Shown here one piece after another: positions 36,985-49,573 of a stretch of 64,000 bases of DNA. Position numbers and translations under genes: made by a program. Below the pieces are notes generated by a model, which was not told the origin of the DNA, did no database searches, and saw nothing but the letters and a program-made list of their open reading frames with translations. Origin of the DNA: Haliotis rufescens (taxonomy: Eukaryota); assembly GCF_023055435.1 (NCBI RefSeq), contig NW_025964001.1:10788001-10852000 (forward strand). Direction: 5' to 3'. Numbering within the stretch: position 1 is the first letter of the stretch; every line of letters begins with the position of its first letter.

Positions 36985-39900
36985 CTACGTCGTTGTTGAA
37001 AGCGTCGAAGAGGAGTCTGAAGACGTCTTTGACACCTGGGTGATGCCCAAGCCTTCGGGCGTCTCCTTAGGAGTTTCAGCTGAGACGGATGTTGGTTTCC
37101 CACTGCTAGGAAAGGTTCCGGATGGCGGTTGAAAGACTTCATCTGCTGGCGTGTCGTTACTTGAAAATATTTCCTGACTTACGTTGCCCGTTTGGTTGTG
37201 ACTGTCTGTTGAGTTCTGTGTAAGAGTGTCTTCACCCAGAGTTTCACTGTCAAATACACCACTCATATTGCCAGATTGGGTAGAATTATCGACAAAGTCC
37301 TGTATAACTATGTCATCTGGTGATTTGTCTTCATCAGATTCCTCAGTAAGAACCTGTGTTGTTTTCTGGCTGTCGGGCGACGGCACTTTAGTTGTGTCTT
37401 CACTTGTAAGGTCTTCAAATGACGATTCTAGATTTGACATGGCTACACCAGATGTCGTCTGCTTCGGTGTCCCATGAGTCACAGTGACAACAGGCACAGG
37501 CACATTATTTGTTGATGAGGTCGTGGGATTATTTGTTGTCGTTTTCTCAGAGGTGATTGATGTTGACTTTAACGTCGCCGCCGCATGCATATTAACAGGC
37601 ATAAAACAGGCTTTACGGCATTGATCCTCTCGTTGGTAGTTGTTACCGTTTCCGCCACAGCCACCGTATATAAACTCCTCACATCGTTCTCTCACAGGAT
37701 TGTAGAAGAAATGGATGAAGAGTCCCCTACAGAGGCCGCGGTCTGGTAGGGAGGCACAATCTGCGGAGGACGTGTCTAAATAATCAGGGGAGGTTACTCT
37801 CAGCGCTGCTAAAGAGGGGACGGGTTCAGTGGGCGTTAAATCAGTAGAATTGGTTACACTGTCGGGAGATTCCTCTTCCTCAGTCACATTCATGTCGGAC
37901 TCGCTACTTAGGGCTGTAGTGTTTTGAGAGGTGTCCTCAGGGGTGTAATTGTCTGAATCTTCGAATACCTCAGCCGTCAGGTTTTGTGTTCCTGTGCTTG
38001 AATGAGAGTCAAGATCTGATTCAAATGTGACGTTACTGGAGGTGTCTGTGAAGCTGGTTGTCGTGGAAACTGAAGACGACTCGGACGTGGATGTGTCGTC
38101 TGCTTCATCCTCACACATTTCCTGACAGTGTTCAAGAAACACGAAGTTGTTTCTGTTTCCCCCGCAACCACCAAATATGAAGTCGGCACAGCGCTGTGTG
38201 GCCTCGTCGAAATAATACCGTCTGAAGTAGCCTCGGCAGTACCCCTGTTCTGGTGGCAGATCACACACTGAAATATATATATGAGAATAAATGCACTCAG
38301 GCGAACACCTAGTGTTATCAATATAACTTTTGCAACGAAACGTGTGGGTGGGTTCTTGAATATGTCCCATTTTCTTTGTATTCGGATCTCTAACTTTCTC
38401 CCCCACAAATGCCAGAATGTACCTCAAATTTGATATTATCAAATTGTTATTAATAAACTAAACTGCCCGGCTAAAAAGTATATATCTCCCACGTAGGAGA
38501 TAGTAAGTCCTACGTAGGAGATAGTAAGTCCTACGTCAGAGATACCAAGTCCTTCGTAGAAGATACTAAGTCCCACGTAGGAGATAATAAGTCCTACTTT
38601 GGAGATACTTAGATAAAAAAAAATTCACCGTGGCCCTACTACGCTTCCGTACTTTTGCCTGGCAGTTTATGAAAGTACTTTCTATGTTTAATAGCTACTG
38701 TGGCCACCCGATCAAAATACGAATCGCCATTAGGTTCTAATGGTCTATTTCAACGATGTATAATACTTTTAGCATCATGATCGGAGATTGTAAGTGATAT
38801 TTAGATGAACCGACCATTTAAAATTCTGAGGGTGAGGTGAGGTGAGGTGAGGTGAAGTGAAATGGGGTTTAACGTCGCGTCCAAGATTATTGCACTTACA
38901 TGGCGACGTGCAATCACGTGCTGCTTGTACTAGTCCGGGCTGATGCCGATTTATAGTGCTAGCCCACTGAGATACCATAACATGGATACCCCACTCAGAC
39001 ACAGTATACTGACTGAGAGCCGACCAATGCTTGTTTTATACCCTTAATACCGAGCACCTGACAAGGTAACAACAAGTACCATCTGTTAACGTCTTTTGGT
39101 ATGACGCAGCCGCGGATCGAACCCACGACATCCCGCTCTCCGTTCGGACGCTCCACCACTAGACCACGGAGGCGGTCTTGAGGGTGAGGATGGGTTTGTA
39201 AACATTAATAACCAGTGTCTTGGATGCAAAACGTACAGCTGATCAGCTTGAGTGGCAGTGAGATTAGTGAAGTCATTTGATCGTGACGTGGTTGCATGTC
39301 ATCGCGCTCCGGGGGCGTGGGTCTCTGCATCTGTCATTGGTTGACCGATCAAGTCTCGTTTATTTACATGATGGGCATCTTGCTGACTATGGAGTCGCCA
39401 AGTTGGTTGTCATGATGTCCACATGTGATACTTACAGTCGTCCCTGGCTTGGGCGGACATGGCGAGGAAGATGGCAAGTCCAATCAGCTGGAAAAAGAAG
39501 AATATGATAATAGATGGAGTTACTACTATGCCATTTAACCCCGAATGGAATCGGCAGATAATCGAGACTGGTTGTTCTCTGGCATTGGCCTTTGTTTAAT
39601 TTACGGGGCGTGCGTTCTTGACTTCTGGGTAAGAGTGGGCTGTGGAGTAGCCTAGTGGTTAAGGCGTTCGCTCGTCACGCCGAAAACCCGGGTTCGATTC
39701 CCCACATGGGTACATGGGTACATGGGTACAATTCTTGTGTCTCCGCCGTGATATCGCTGGAATATTGCCAAAAGCGGCGTAAAACCATACTCACCAACTC
39801 ACTCTATGTATGTCTACTTTATCAGGGGAAATATCCACATCACGGCCTATGACCCAAAACGAAAACTCATCTGCCCAGCCGATACACATACGTTGTTACC

Positions 39901-40208
39901 TATTTCGTATTGTAATAATGCCAGATTAGTAAGCAGCTTCAGCGATTTGGTGTGAATAGAAGTTTGTATTCTGTGCATTTTATCTTGATGGAAGCAATCA
40001 CATTAGAATAACGCAGCGTAAGTGAGTGTATGTAACTCAACTCCGCAGTGGGAGATCTTCTTCTATGGTGTTTTCCACCTTTGAGTGAGTGAGTTCGGTT
40101 TAACGCCGCTTTGAACAGTATTCCAGTTATATCACGGCATGTCAGCTTAATGTGGGGGAAAGCCTGATGTGATATGATGTGATGCAGGTCTTAGACGTCT
40201 TAGGCTCT

Positions 40209-40281
<73 letters not shown>

Positions 40282-41347
40282 AAGACATCCATAATTTAAT
40301 CAAACTGATTATTATACAATATATAGCAGTTATTGATTGCCCTTATTTACACAAAGGCCATGTCTCAATTTCACACATTGCATTAATTACAACATACAGA
40401 CTTAGGCTCAAAATTCCGGCCAGATTATGGACTTCAGACTCCCTATTAGTCTTTTATTTGGTTAAGAAAACTTACAACTTTATTGATAACAACTTCTGGT
40501 CTATAGCATTAGAGACGTGTCCATGAATATTATCTCACCAGCTTAATACGGTTGTAAGACTTTCGTACCGTCGCTAATGTAATAAACCAGATGTTATCTC
40601 TGGAGTTGTACGTTTTCTTTTCTACTCACCAACTTCTAGGAAGCCAATCAAACAAATACGTTTATGTGATGTTTCGCGTCAAGGTCATCATGCGACTAGA
40701 ATCACCGTAGAATTATGACTCTAATATTTTTAATCATGAATAATATTGTGACGAAGTCATTCTTGCAATCCCCAATTGGTTCAGTATTATACCTACTGAA
40801 ACACAACGGAAACTCATAATCAGCTTTAACTCGAAGTCAGAAACAATGTGTTTTGTGCTCAAGTCCATCTCCAAACACATGGAGATTCGAACCCGTACGA
40901 TAATATTGTTCTGTTTTAGCATCTCATGTTTAAATACACAGAACATTTTAACTTCATTTGGGTGGCTATTTTACCAAATATTACAAAAATCGAATATGCG
41001 TTTTGAAACTGTTTCAATATACATGAAAAAGACTCCGTCGTATATGGTTAAAGTATTTAAATTAGATTTTTCAATAAATGCAAACCTAGGTTTTATATTA
41101 CGAAATGTGGTCTATCTCCATTATAATTAAAAATACAAAAGTCCTATCATAATCATATCAAACAATTACATTTTATTTCAATATATTCTAAATCAGAACA
41201 TCTATCTCATTACGCCGTTTTATTTGCAAAACTCGCATTTGAAAGGAATATATAATCTATTTTTTAATGTATATAATGTATATAATGATGACATCAAAGA
41301 AACCCAAAATATGTATTTCATGATACATGATGTGCACGTACCTTCAT
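36985..41347 (-). CDS. Secreted two-Kunitz-domain protein with acidic Ser/Thr-rich linker and tail (446 aa)
   Basis: Exons 41347-41342 (ATG AAG|GT), 39487-39436 (LIGLAIFLAMSAQARDD), 38267-36985. Kunitz 1 CDLPPEQGYCRGYF...FIFGGCGGNRNNF..C..MC; Kunitz 2 CASLPDRGLCRGLF...FIYGGCGGNGNNY..C..AC; both P1 Arg. Confidence 0.88.
38487..38652 (-). mobile_element. Truncated relative of the minisatellite-bearing TIR element
   Basis: 21-bp repeats (CCTACGTAGGAGATAGTAAGT) next to the terminus GTGGCCCTACTACGCTTCCGTA. Confidence 0.6.
38830..39177 (-). mobile_element. SINE family D
   Basis: Full-length match. Confidence 0.86.
39636..39803 (+). mobile_element. SINE family B
   Basis: Match, with CATGGGTA triplicated. 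Confidence 0.82.
40082..40200 (-). mobile_element. SINE family C, 3' part
   Basis: Partial match. Confidence 0.78.
40208..40278. repeat. (TG)n microsatellite
   Basis: Dinucleotide run. Confidence 0.95.
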
Positions 41348-42282
41348 CTTAAGATCTGCTTGTCTTCGCCAGCAAGCTCCCAGTGCGATGCGGTACAGTC
41401 ACCCACTGCTTTGTATTCAGCCTTTTAAAAAGCTGTTTTTCCTCCCAAATCCGGTTTTATCGTGTTTTCATTCTACTGAACACGTCAGGCCAGAAAGTAT
41501 GACGTGTTTCCAACATTTGGGATTTACACTGGAGTCGAGCAGGTGCGACTTAACTGTGGAAACAATCGACTAGACACGTCCGCCATTGTCAGCTGTTGAC
41601 ACAAGTCCGACTTAACAAACACAGGTAAGAAGTAAATATCTTGTTGCTCCAGGTGTATCATGTACAGCGGATGTTTTTACTGAGGTAGTTTTTGTGGAAA
41701 ACGACACATTAACACCGACTTAACAATTGTTTCATGCTAATAAATCCTATTTGGTTATTATGCCTTATATTCTTTTTTTCTTTGATGTTATCACACAGCT
41801 GAATCTCTGAACTTGTTCCGAATCCTCATTCATGAGATGAAACAGTTATACTATAAACAGTTATGTTTATGTCGAAGTAATTACACAGTATTGCACAGTT
41901 CTACTCACCCTTTATGTCGAAGTAATTACACAGTATTACACAGTTCTAGACAGATATTAGACAGTAACACTTCTTGTATAATGAAGTTACGTCCCAGTTA
42001 TACTAATCCTTTTAAGTCGAAGTTTATTTCTCCATTTACATTGACGTTTATTACACAATATTAGTTATACAATTCATTTTATGACGAAGTTTTCACACAG
42101 TTCTACTTATTCCTTTATGTCGAAGTAATTACAAAGTATAACAGTTACTCCATCTATATCGAAGTAATTACAAGTACTACAGGTACACCCCTTTTATGTC
42201 GAAGTTATTAAATAATATATCCGTTATACTCCTTTTATGCCGAAGCTATTACCGGTCTTAGTCTTTTTCTTATCACTCGCCG

Positions 42283-42530
42283 AGACCGCCTCAGTAGTCT
42301 TGAAGATAAAGCGGAGAACGGAAGGTCGGTGTTCGATCAAATGGCGTTAAACGATGCTACTTGTTGCTACCCTGCCTGGAGCTCCTCAATAGGGGAACAA
42401 AACAAGGACTGGTCGACTCACGTGACTCTGTGTTTAAGGAGGGTGTCCATGTTTAACTGCGGCGTGGTATCTCAGTGGACTAGCACTATAACACCTGCAT
42501 TAGTCCGACTAGTTCAAGCAGACACACACA
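42283..42530 (+). mobile_element. SINE family D, diverged
   Basis: Degenerate match. Confidence 0.7.
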
Positions 42531-42668
42531 AATACCTGTGTCCTGAAGTGTCGGTCTCGCATCAGTATCGACACGTCAGGAATAATGTATTAGACCACAA
42601 TAACACTCAAAGGATGTAACATTTCTAACACCCGTTCAAATAGCCTTTGAGGCTATCTCTAATCTACC

Positions 42669-42838
42669 GCCCCGATTGTTTCTAGGTTTGTCAGCACCAT
42701 ACCCGTGCTCGTGGGTTTCACCGAAGTGGTAAACGTCTGAGACCTGCATCACTTCGGGCTTTCCTCCCACATTAAGCTGACACGCCGTGATATAACTGGA
42801 ATACTGTTAAAAGCGGCGTTGAACCCAACTCCCTCACT
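42669..42838 (+). mobile_element. SINE family C, 5'-truncated
   Basis: Match; TSD CTCTAATCTAC. Confidence 0.83.
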
Positions 42839-43617
42839 CTAATCTACAGCGGCCGTCGGTCTGCCAGCTACCGTTAAGGTCCAGTATTCTGCGTCACAAC
42901 TACAATCAATGTTTCCCACATTTATCAAGATATAAAACACCAGTTTTACCCTGATTCACGTGCTACACAATGCTTCTTTAACTCTCCAGCAGCTAGTATA
43001 GGGCATTGCACAGTTACATTAATTCCTATATGTCGAAGTTGCTTAGTAAACATAGAGGGGTATAACAGTTTCATATTACCCCGAGAATGTCGAAGGTACC
43101 CAGCAATTATTATAGGGCATTACAAATTAAATTAACTCCCTCCAAGCCGAGGTTTTCCCACAGTCGTAGAAAACATTAGTGTATCGAACTCCTTTATGTC
43201 GAAACGGATATGAACCTTACACAGTACCATTATCGCTTTTATCTCGAATGCTCATTGTATCATGCTGTTTAAACGTCCGACGTAAGGCCGAATTGAAGTG
43301 CAAATTTAAACAAATTCAGCCAGCCTGTTTATACCGACGTGACCTATACCGTCCTCCCAAATAGGTCACGTTACCTGGCGATTAGCAGTTGTTAGCTAAA
43401 ACTGCTTCAACAAGGTGGGCCATAGTCGCATTATACGTCTATACTATTTACCATCGTGTCTATTGCATATCAGTCCAGGATAGTGGTGGATTGCACACCT
43501 AAACTAATGAGAAAAATATCAAACAGTCTATCATAACTGGAAGATGTTTGTCGGGCCCCGCTACCTATGCAGTCCTCGAACAAATTAATTGCTTGTTCTT
43601 TGGAAATAACGTTCAAG

Positions 43618-43891
43618 GTGAGTGAGTGAATTTGATTTTACATTTTACGCCGCTTTTGGCAATATTCCAGCGGCGGGGGACACCTGGACCCACTTGCACA
43701 AAGCGATCTTATCGCTAAGACTATTGTAAGCCTATGCTAAAGTATGGGAGTTAAGATCATCTTAGCGCTAAGATCGCTTTGTGCAAGTGGGCCCAGGAGT
43801 TTGCTTTACATTGAGGACCCATGTGGGAATCGAACCCAGGCCTTCGGCGTGACGACCGAACACTTTAACCACTCGGCTACCCCATCGCCCC
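43618..43891 (-). mobile_element. SINE family B interrupted by a MITE
   Basis: Both halves match consensus. Confidence 0.8.
43687..43793. mobile_element. 107-bp palindromic MITE inserted in a SINE
   Basis: ~30-bp TIR G(A/G)CCCACTTGCACAAAGCGATCTTA(T/G)CGCTAAGA, flanked by CTG/CAG (PIF/Harbinger-like CWG target). Confidence 0.75.
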
Positions 43892-44348
43892 TTCATCAAC
43901 GGGAGGTTACTAAAGACGAATATTTTCAATTTACAAGGACTGAAAGGTTGAGATATTTTGAATGTTAATATCTCATGATCTAGGTTTTTGTATATTTTCT
44001 ATATACGGACAATTTAAATTAAACAACCATTCAAAAGAGTGAGAAGAAATCACTTGAATTGATCATGTTTATCATGCACACATGCGGTATACCAATTATT
44101 CTACACACAACATCTATTCAACTTGGACATAAACATGGAGGATTTGAAGTAGAGTTTTGTCAACATGTAGGTGATTATATGCCTGTCACAACCTGACACG
44201 CGCCTGACTGACAGGTTTGAAACATGCCAGGTGTGTATGCCATATATGGAAATGTTTACTTAATGCGGGCAGTACAATGACAAGAAGTTGATTATAGAAT
44301 TGTGATACTTGAGAATTTATTTGAAACACACAATTCAGAATTTCACTT

Positions 44349-47300
44349 TCACACTGGCTGACACATGATAACACATTCCATCAGTGTCTTGAAGTTATTC
44401 GAGTTGCCCTGGCAACCGCCGTAGTAGAAGTTCTCACACTGCTTTGAGCTGGTGTTGTAGTAGTACCGCATCACGAGCCCGTCGCATGGCCCCACGTCCT
44501 TGGCCAGCTCGCACACAGCTGGAAGAGGAACAACTCATCTGTACACATGCGTTGACACGTTTTGAAAAGGGAAGTGTGCAACTAACACACAACATGATGA
44601 GTAAAAGCAAACATTTCGCAAATGATGCACACGTGCATCAACCACCGTTCTTCTGGTTACGCGTACGTCTACACTGGGACATGTCATAGTGTTTTTTGTT
44701 AATTTCTTTTTTGTTTAACGCCGCACTCAGCAATATTCCAGCTTTAGGAGGGCGGTCAGAAAATAATCCAGTCTGAATCAGATAATCCAGTGATTGACAT
44801 CATGAGCATCGATCCACGCAATTGGGATACGATGACATGCATAAAACAAGTAAGCGAACCTGACCACCCGATCCCGTTAGTTGCATCTTACGACAAGCAT
44901 AGTCGCTTTTTATGGCAAGCATGGGTTGATGAAGACCTATTCTACCCCGGTTCTGCGCGGGTCTATATGCCACAGTGATGTTCACGAAAAGTGTGGTATA
45001 GAACGTCAGTCTTATATATATACTCATAAGCATATATACTGAAGGATTGTTCTAGACATATCCTTAACAGAAATGGTTAATCGCTGCGTTATCGTGGTTC
45101 ACGGACCAAGCCGCGATGAAGGTTAAAATGTTGGGCAGTCCATTTGGTGATGGTGTTGCCCGGGTTCGACTTCCCATATATGGGCACAGGTATCTCCCGT
45201 TAGTATCTCTAAAACGTTTAAGGAAGCTGATCTGATAAACGGAATCAGATTCATATATTGTCTTATTATATACTTCATTGTGAAAGGCATGTTTCAGAAG
45301 TTGAGAAAATAATACATTATTGAGAAATAACACTTGATATTTCACTGCAGTAAACATAACACTTGGACGGAACTATTGTCATACAAAAGTTACCTCTCTG
45401 CAAATTGTCTCCCTTTATCGTAAATCTCTAGCCCGTACACAAATTATTTACTTCCATTTTATGTTCGTTCCACATTGGCAAGGCAAAATAATGACAGATG
45501 GTCATTTATGGAGTTAATGTCACTTCTTGCCGTTTGTTATTCTCTTGAAAATGTTTCGTTATAAGCTATGAATTTCTCATTTAACTCGTCTATTGAGACT
45601 GTTCGTGTCGCAAGTGCCATATTGAACAGCGTGTATTCATTCGTTTCCGACAGCTATCTCGTAGATTTCAAGAAAACCTTTTAGTTGAAGTTGATTTTGT
45701 ATATAGTTATATCCAAATGTATGATAACGAATTTCTGTGACCCTAAATATTTTTGGATTACTTTTGTTTAGATTTTTTTAAATTTTGCAAACACGGAACT
45801 ACTTTTTAAGTCGTAAGTACAAGGCGTGGTGAAACGTTTCTGCGTGCTAGGTAGGGAGAATTTACATTTCAAGGTTTTACATTTGTGAAATAATTTAATT
45901 TACAATTTAAACTACACAAAAAGTATACAATAAATATCTCCTTTAGCCCCCGTCATTCGACGACAGAACATGATATTTCACTCGACAAATATCTTCTACC
46001 ACTTTTAATGGCAACAATGCAAACAAAGAAAGAACGCTATTGGCCTAGTTTGAAGTCGGGATCACGTGATTCGTGTGATGCCATGGCGACGGACCTCTGT
46101 GTGTGTCAGACACAAGATAAGGCAACAGGTCTTCTGTCTCCATGATCAAGTTCCAAAACTGCTTGAAGTCCGTGTTTGTGTTAGCGAATAAATCGACAGT
46201 TAGTGTTAGACTAAGTGTATAATTGATGTACGTGTAAAAGTGGATTTATATGTATAATACTGTTACTAAAAAGGTGTATGGGTGAGCGTGATTAGGATGT
46301 TTGGATGTGGGTAGGTATAGGTATTAGTGTAACTCTAAAACATTACAACCAAACAAATTCGCGAGACCAATCCCAATATGTATGACTATAATAGCATAAT
46401 GACATACTATAATAGACGGATCTAGAGGGGGTTCCTTTTGAAAACCAAATGTAGGATGTTGTAGGCACCCTCCCCTGCTTCAACTAGTAGATCCTTGCAC
46501 GTTTAAGGGAGGCAACTCTACACAGCGAATTGTGTCTGGGCTCTGGTTCACCCTTGTGCACATATATGTGATGAAATAATGAAAGAAAGAGAGTAGTACG
46601 AACTAGAACATCATTTATCATTTCATTATTTCCATTTATGCTTATATTGCAGGAAGACATGAAGACATTGTTCCTGTATTTTACCTGGTGAATATAACAA
46701 CGTGGATGTCTATGCTTAACTGATCGGACTGTTCTGTGACTTGGCTTAACTCTCCATGAATAACTCTCCAAGTTTAATGTCAGTGTACTTTCGTTTCAAA
46801 ATTTGATGTTTGGTTGGTTGGTTCGTTGTTTAACGCCGCACTCAGCAATATTCCAGCTATATGACGGCGGTCTGTAAATAATCGAGTCTGGACCAGACAA
46901 TCCAGTGATTAATATCATGAGCATCGATCCACGCAATTGGGATCGATGACATTCATCAACCAAGTAAGCGAGCCTGACCACCCGATCCCGCCTTTTACGA
47001 CAAGCATAGTCACCTTTTACGGCAAGCATGGGTTGCTGAAGACCTATTCTACCCCGGATCTTCACGGGCCTTCAGGGGCGGTCGGGTAGCCTAGTGGTTA
47101 AAGCGTTCGCTCGTCACGCCGAAGACCCGGGTTCGATTCCCGACATGGGTACAATGTGTGAAGCCCATTTCGGTGTCCCCCGCCGTGATATTGCTGGAAT
47201 ATTGCTAAAAGCAGCGTAAAACCATACTCCGTCAGTCAGTCATTCAGTCACGGGCCTTCAAAATTTGATATAATAAGCTGCTGATTTGCGCCATTTAACG

Positions 47301-48480
47301 TCCCTTTTGCAGCTGGTGCGATAAACCCCGACTCCTTGTCCCACAGCTCTCTTCACTTAAACGTCTAATACCACACGGTTACAGAATATTTTATAGTGTA
47401 TGTACATTACCAGCACCACGTGTGTAAAATTGCATCCCTTTGCATTGCCCGGAACCTAATATAGTTGGTTCGTAAATATGATTTATGATTTGCCGTCACC
47501 ATACGCGTGCAATCGTGACCAACTCGTGTTATTCCGGGACAAGCCGAATTGTTTGGCAGGTTACGGAAAGGGGCGAGTGGTGACGAATGCATACGCGTGC
47601 TCATGAGTTCCACAATAGTGCGTGGAAACGTCTCCGTCTTGCGTCATTTTTTTACGTTCCTGACACATTAACCCGAAACGCCATGATCTAATTGCTCTAC
47701 TGATCTAAACGACGTTAAACACATCTCACTCCTTCATTCGTCACCACTCACCCCTTTCCGTAACCTGCAAGAAGACTCGTCCCTCTATCGATGAATGTTA
47801 TGTGCGAAAATACGACAAACCAATCAGAATACGCGTATGATTTCAAGTTCTTCGTCAAAGAATCCCTCAGAAATAATTTTTGATTTTACATATGTCTTGC
47901 ATCTAAAATATACCAAAGACACAGTTAAATGTGTTCAATCATACTGTATAATTCCGCACGTCCTGATGTGCTTTAAATTGCATCTGAAATATATATAATA
48001 TATGGGGAAAATTTGTGAACCATTACGCAACGAGTTGACAATTGTTTTAGGTATGCCCGTTTGCGCTAAGACAGAACCCGGTCGCAAAAATGGCCACGAG
48101 AGGGGCACGAGTCGCTATTCGGCTTGTCCCGGAATAACACGAGTTGGTCACGAATGCTCACTCCTTCACACCCTTGTAAGAATATAGTTCACCAGCAAAC
48201 TATGGTTGTGGTAAGTTGTGGCTAAAGGGTTCAGGCTCAGTGACGACTGATTGTATGACATCAGATCCCAACTGCGTGGATCGATGATCATGATGCCAAT
48301 CACCGAATTGTCTTGTCCAGACTCGATCATATACAGACCGCCGTCATATGGCTGAAATATTGCTGAGAGGGGCGTTAAACAACAAACAAATCGTTCACTG
48401 ACCCAGCACCACCTACCGGCTGACTGGCTTTGTTGCAGGGTTGAGACCAGAAGACCGAGAACAAGTACACACACAAACAT
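44349..48480 (-). CDS. Secreted single-domain BPTI/Kunitz protein, P1 Asp (77 aa)
   Basis: Exons 48480-48417 ([22 protein letters not shown]|GTAGGT) and 44518-44349 ([56 protein letters not shown]). AATAAA at 44321-44316. An additional microexon cannot be excluded. Confidence 0.87.
44710..44962 (-). mobile_element. SINE family A
   Basis: Match to consensus. Confidence 0.83.
46808..47069 (-). mobile_element. SINE family A
   Basis: Match; TSD TTCAAAATTTGAT split by a later family-B insertion. Confidence 0.87.
47075..47248 (+). mobile_element. SINE family B
   Basis: Match; TSD CACGGGCCTTCA. Confidence 0.88.
47513..48153. repeat. Nested inverted-repeat (foldback) element
   Basis: 37-bp IR 47513-47549 / 48117-48153 and inner 34-bp IR 47556-47589 / 47735-47768. 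Confidence 0.75.
48262..48390 (+). mobile_element. SINE family A, 3' part
   Basis: Partial match. Confidence 0.75.
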
Positions 48481-48764
48481 GGCGGCAGGCGGCAGGCGAT
48501 ATATACTTATGGCGAATACAACAGGCAATCTTATCTAAGTTACCTAGGTCAAACACTCTGTCTGTTTCCACAGTATAATTAGCCATGCTCTGTTCTGAGA
48601 TAAAAGGGCAATTGTACCACGTCTCCTGGGAACTATGAGTGCTTCCGGTTCATAGAATACCTGGTATGTTATGTGCGGGATTCGTGACGCTTCAAGTATG
48701 AATAAATAAATTGCTGGTGATTCCATGGCATTTACTTGGCTAACCAAGCAGTTAATTTTGCAGT

Positions 48765-48990
48765 TAATATCGCACTCAGCAATATTCCAGCTATATGACG
48801 GCGGTATGTAAATAATCAGACAATCCAGTGATTAATATCTTGAGCATCGATCCACGCAATTGGAATTGATTCCATGAATCAACCAAGTCAGTGTGTCGGA
48901 CCAGCCGATGCCTTTTACGACAAGCATAATCGCCTTTTACGGCAAGCATGGGTTGCTGGCGACCTATTCTACCCCGGATCTTCACGGGTC
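48765..48990 (-). mobile_element. SINE family A
   Basis: Match with deletions. Confidence 0.8.
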
Positions 48991-48999
48991 CAATCCCAC

Positions 49000-49500
49000 G
49001 CGACAAACTTAAGGGAAAACTTCATTCCCTGGTCCATGGGGCATTTGTTGCAAAACATAGTGACCATAGATACAGTTACATATTTATCTTCGGATGTTCA
49101 GGACAATTTGTCAAAAATGAAAGCAGTTGCCATCAGAAATTCGCTGAGAAGGCAATATGTAAAATGCTAGACCTCCTCATAGATACCATCTATGTAAGAC
49201 ATTTAAGCAAGAAGTAAGCATCCCCATGGGCACCAATTGTGCCCCCCTTCCTGCTCATCTGTTTCTATATGAATCGGACTTTCTGCTGGGATGGGCACAG
49301 TCATCCCATAACACGTTTAACTCAAGCTTCAAGTACATCAATTTAGATCTTTGCATGAAGAATCAGAGTGATCAAACACTCTCTACCAGACTGTATGAAA
49401 GAGGGATGACTTCAACTTTCCAGTAGTCAACTTTCCCTTTGTGTTGAGCAATAGTCCAACACCTCAAACCGTTGGTGTCTACATTTCACAACTTTTTCAA
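49000..49500 (+). mobile_element. Penelope-like retroelement RT remnant
   Basis: Broken frames ICKMLDLLIDTIYV, IPMGTNCAPL..LFLYESDFL, DDFNFPVVNFPFVLSN..GVYISQL. Confidence 0.72.
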
Positions 49501-49573
49501 AACTGAAAATCATAGATAGTAAAATTCAACGTCAACATTTATTATTCCAAAATATGTCATGAGAATTCCTATT

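Larger units (their letters stand above)
41860..43250. repeat. Degenerate ~40-45-bp minisatellite interrupted by SINEs
   Basis: Recurrent TTTATGTCGAAGTAATTACACAGT motif. Confidence 0.6.

Noticed and set aside
38268-38442. N-terminal part of the 485-aa ORF
   Set aside because: Intronic read-through; a TTTCAG acceptor at 38268 and upstream signal-peptide exons give a better model.
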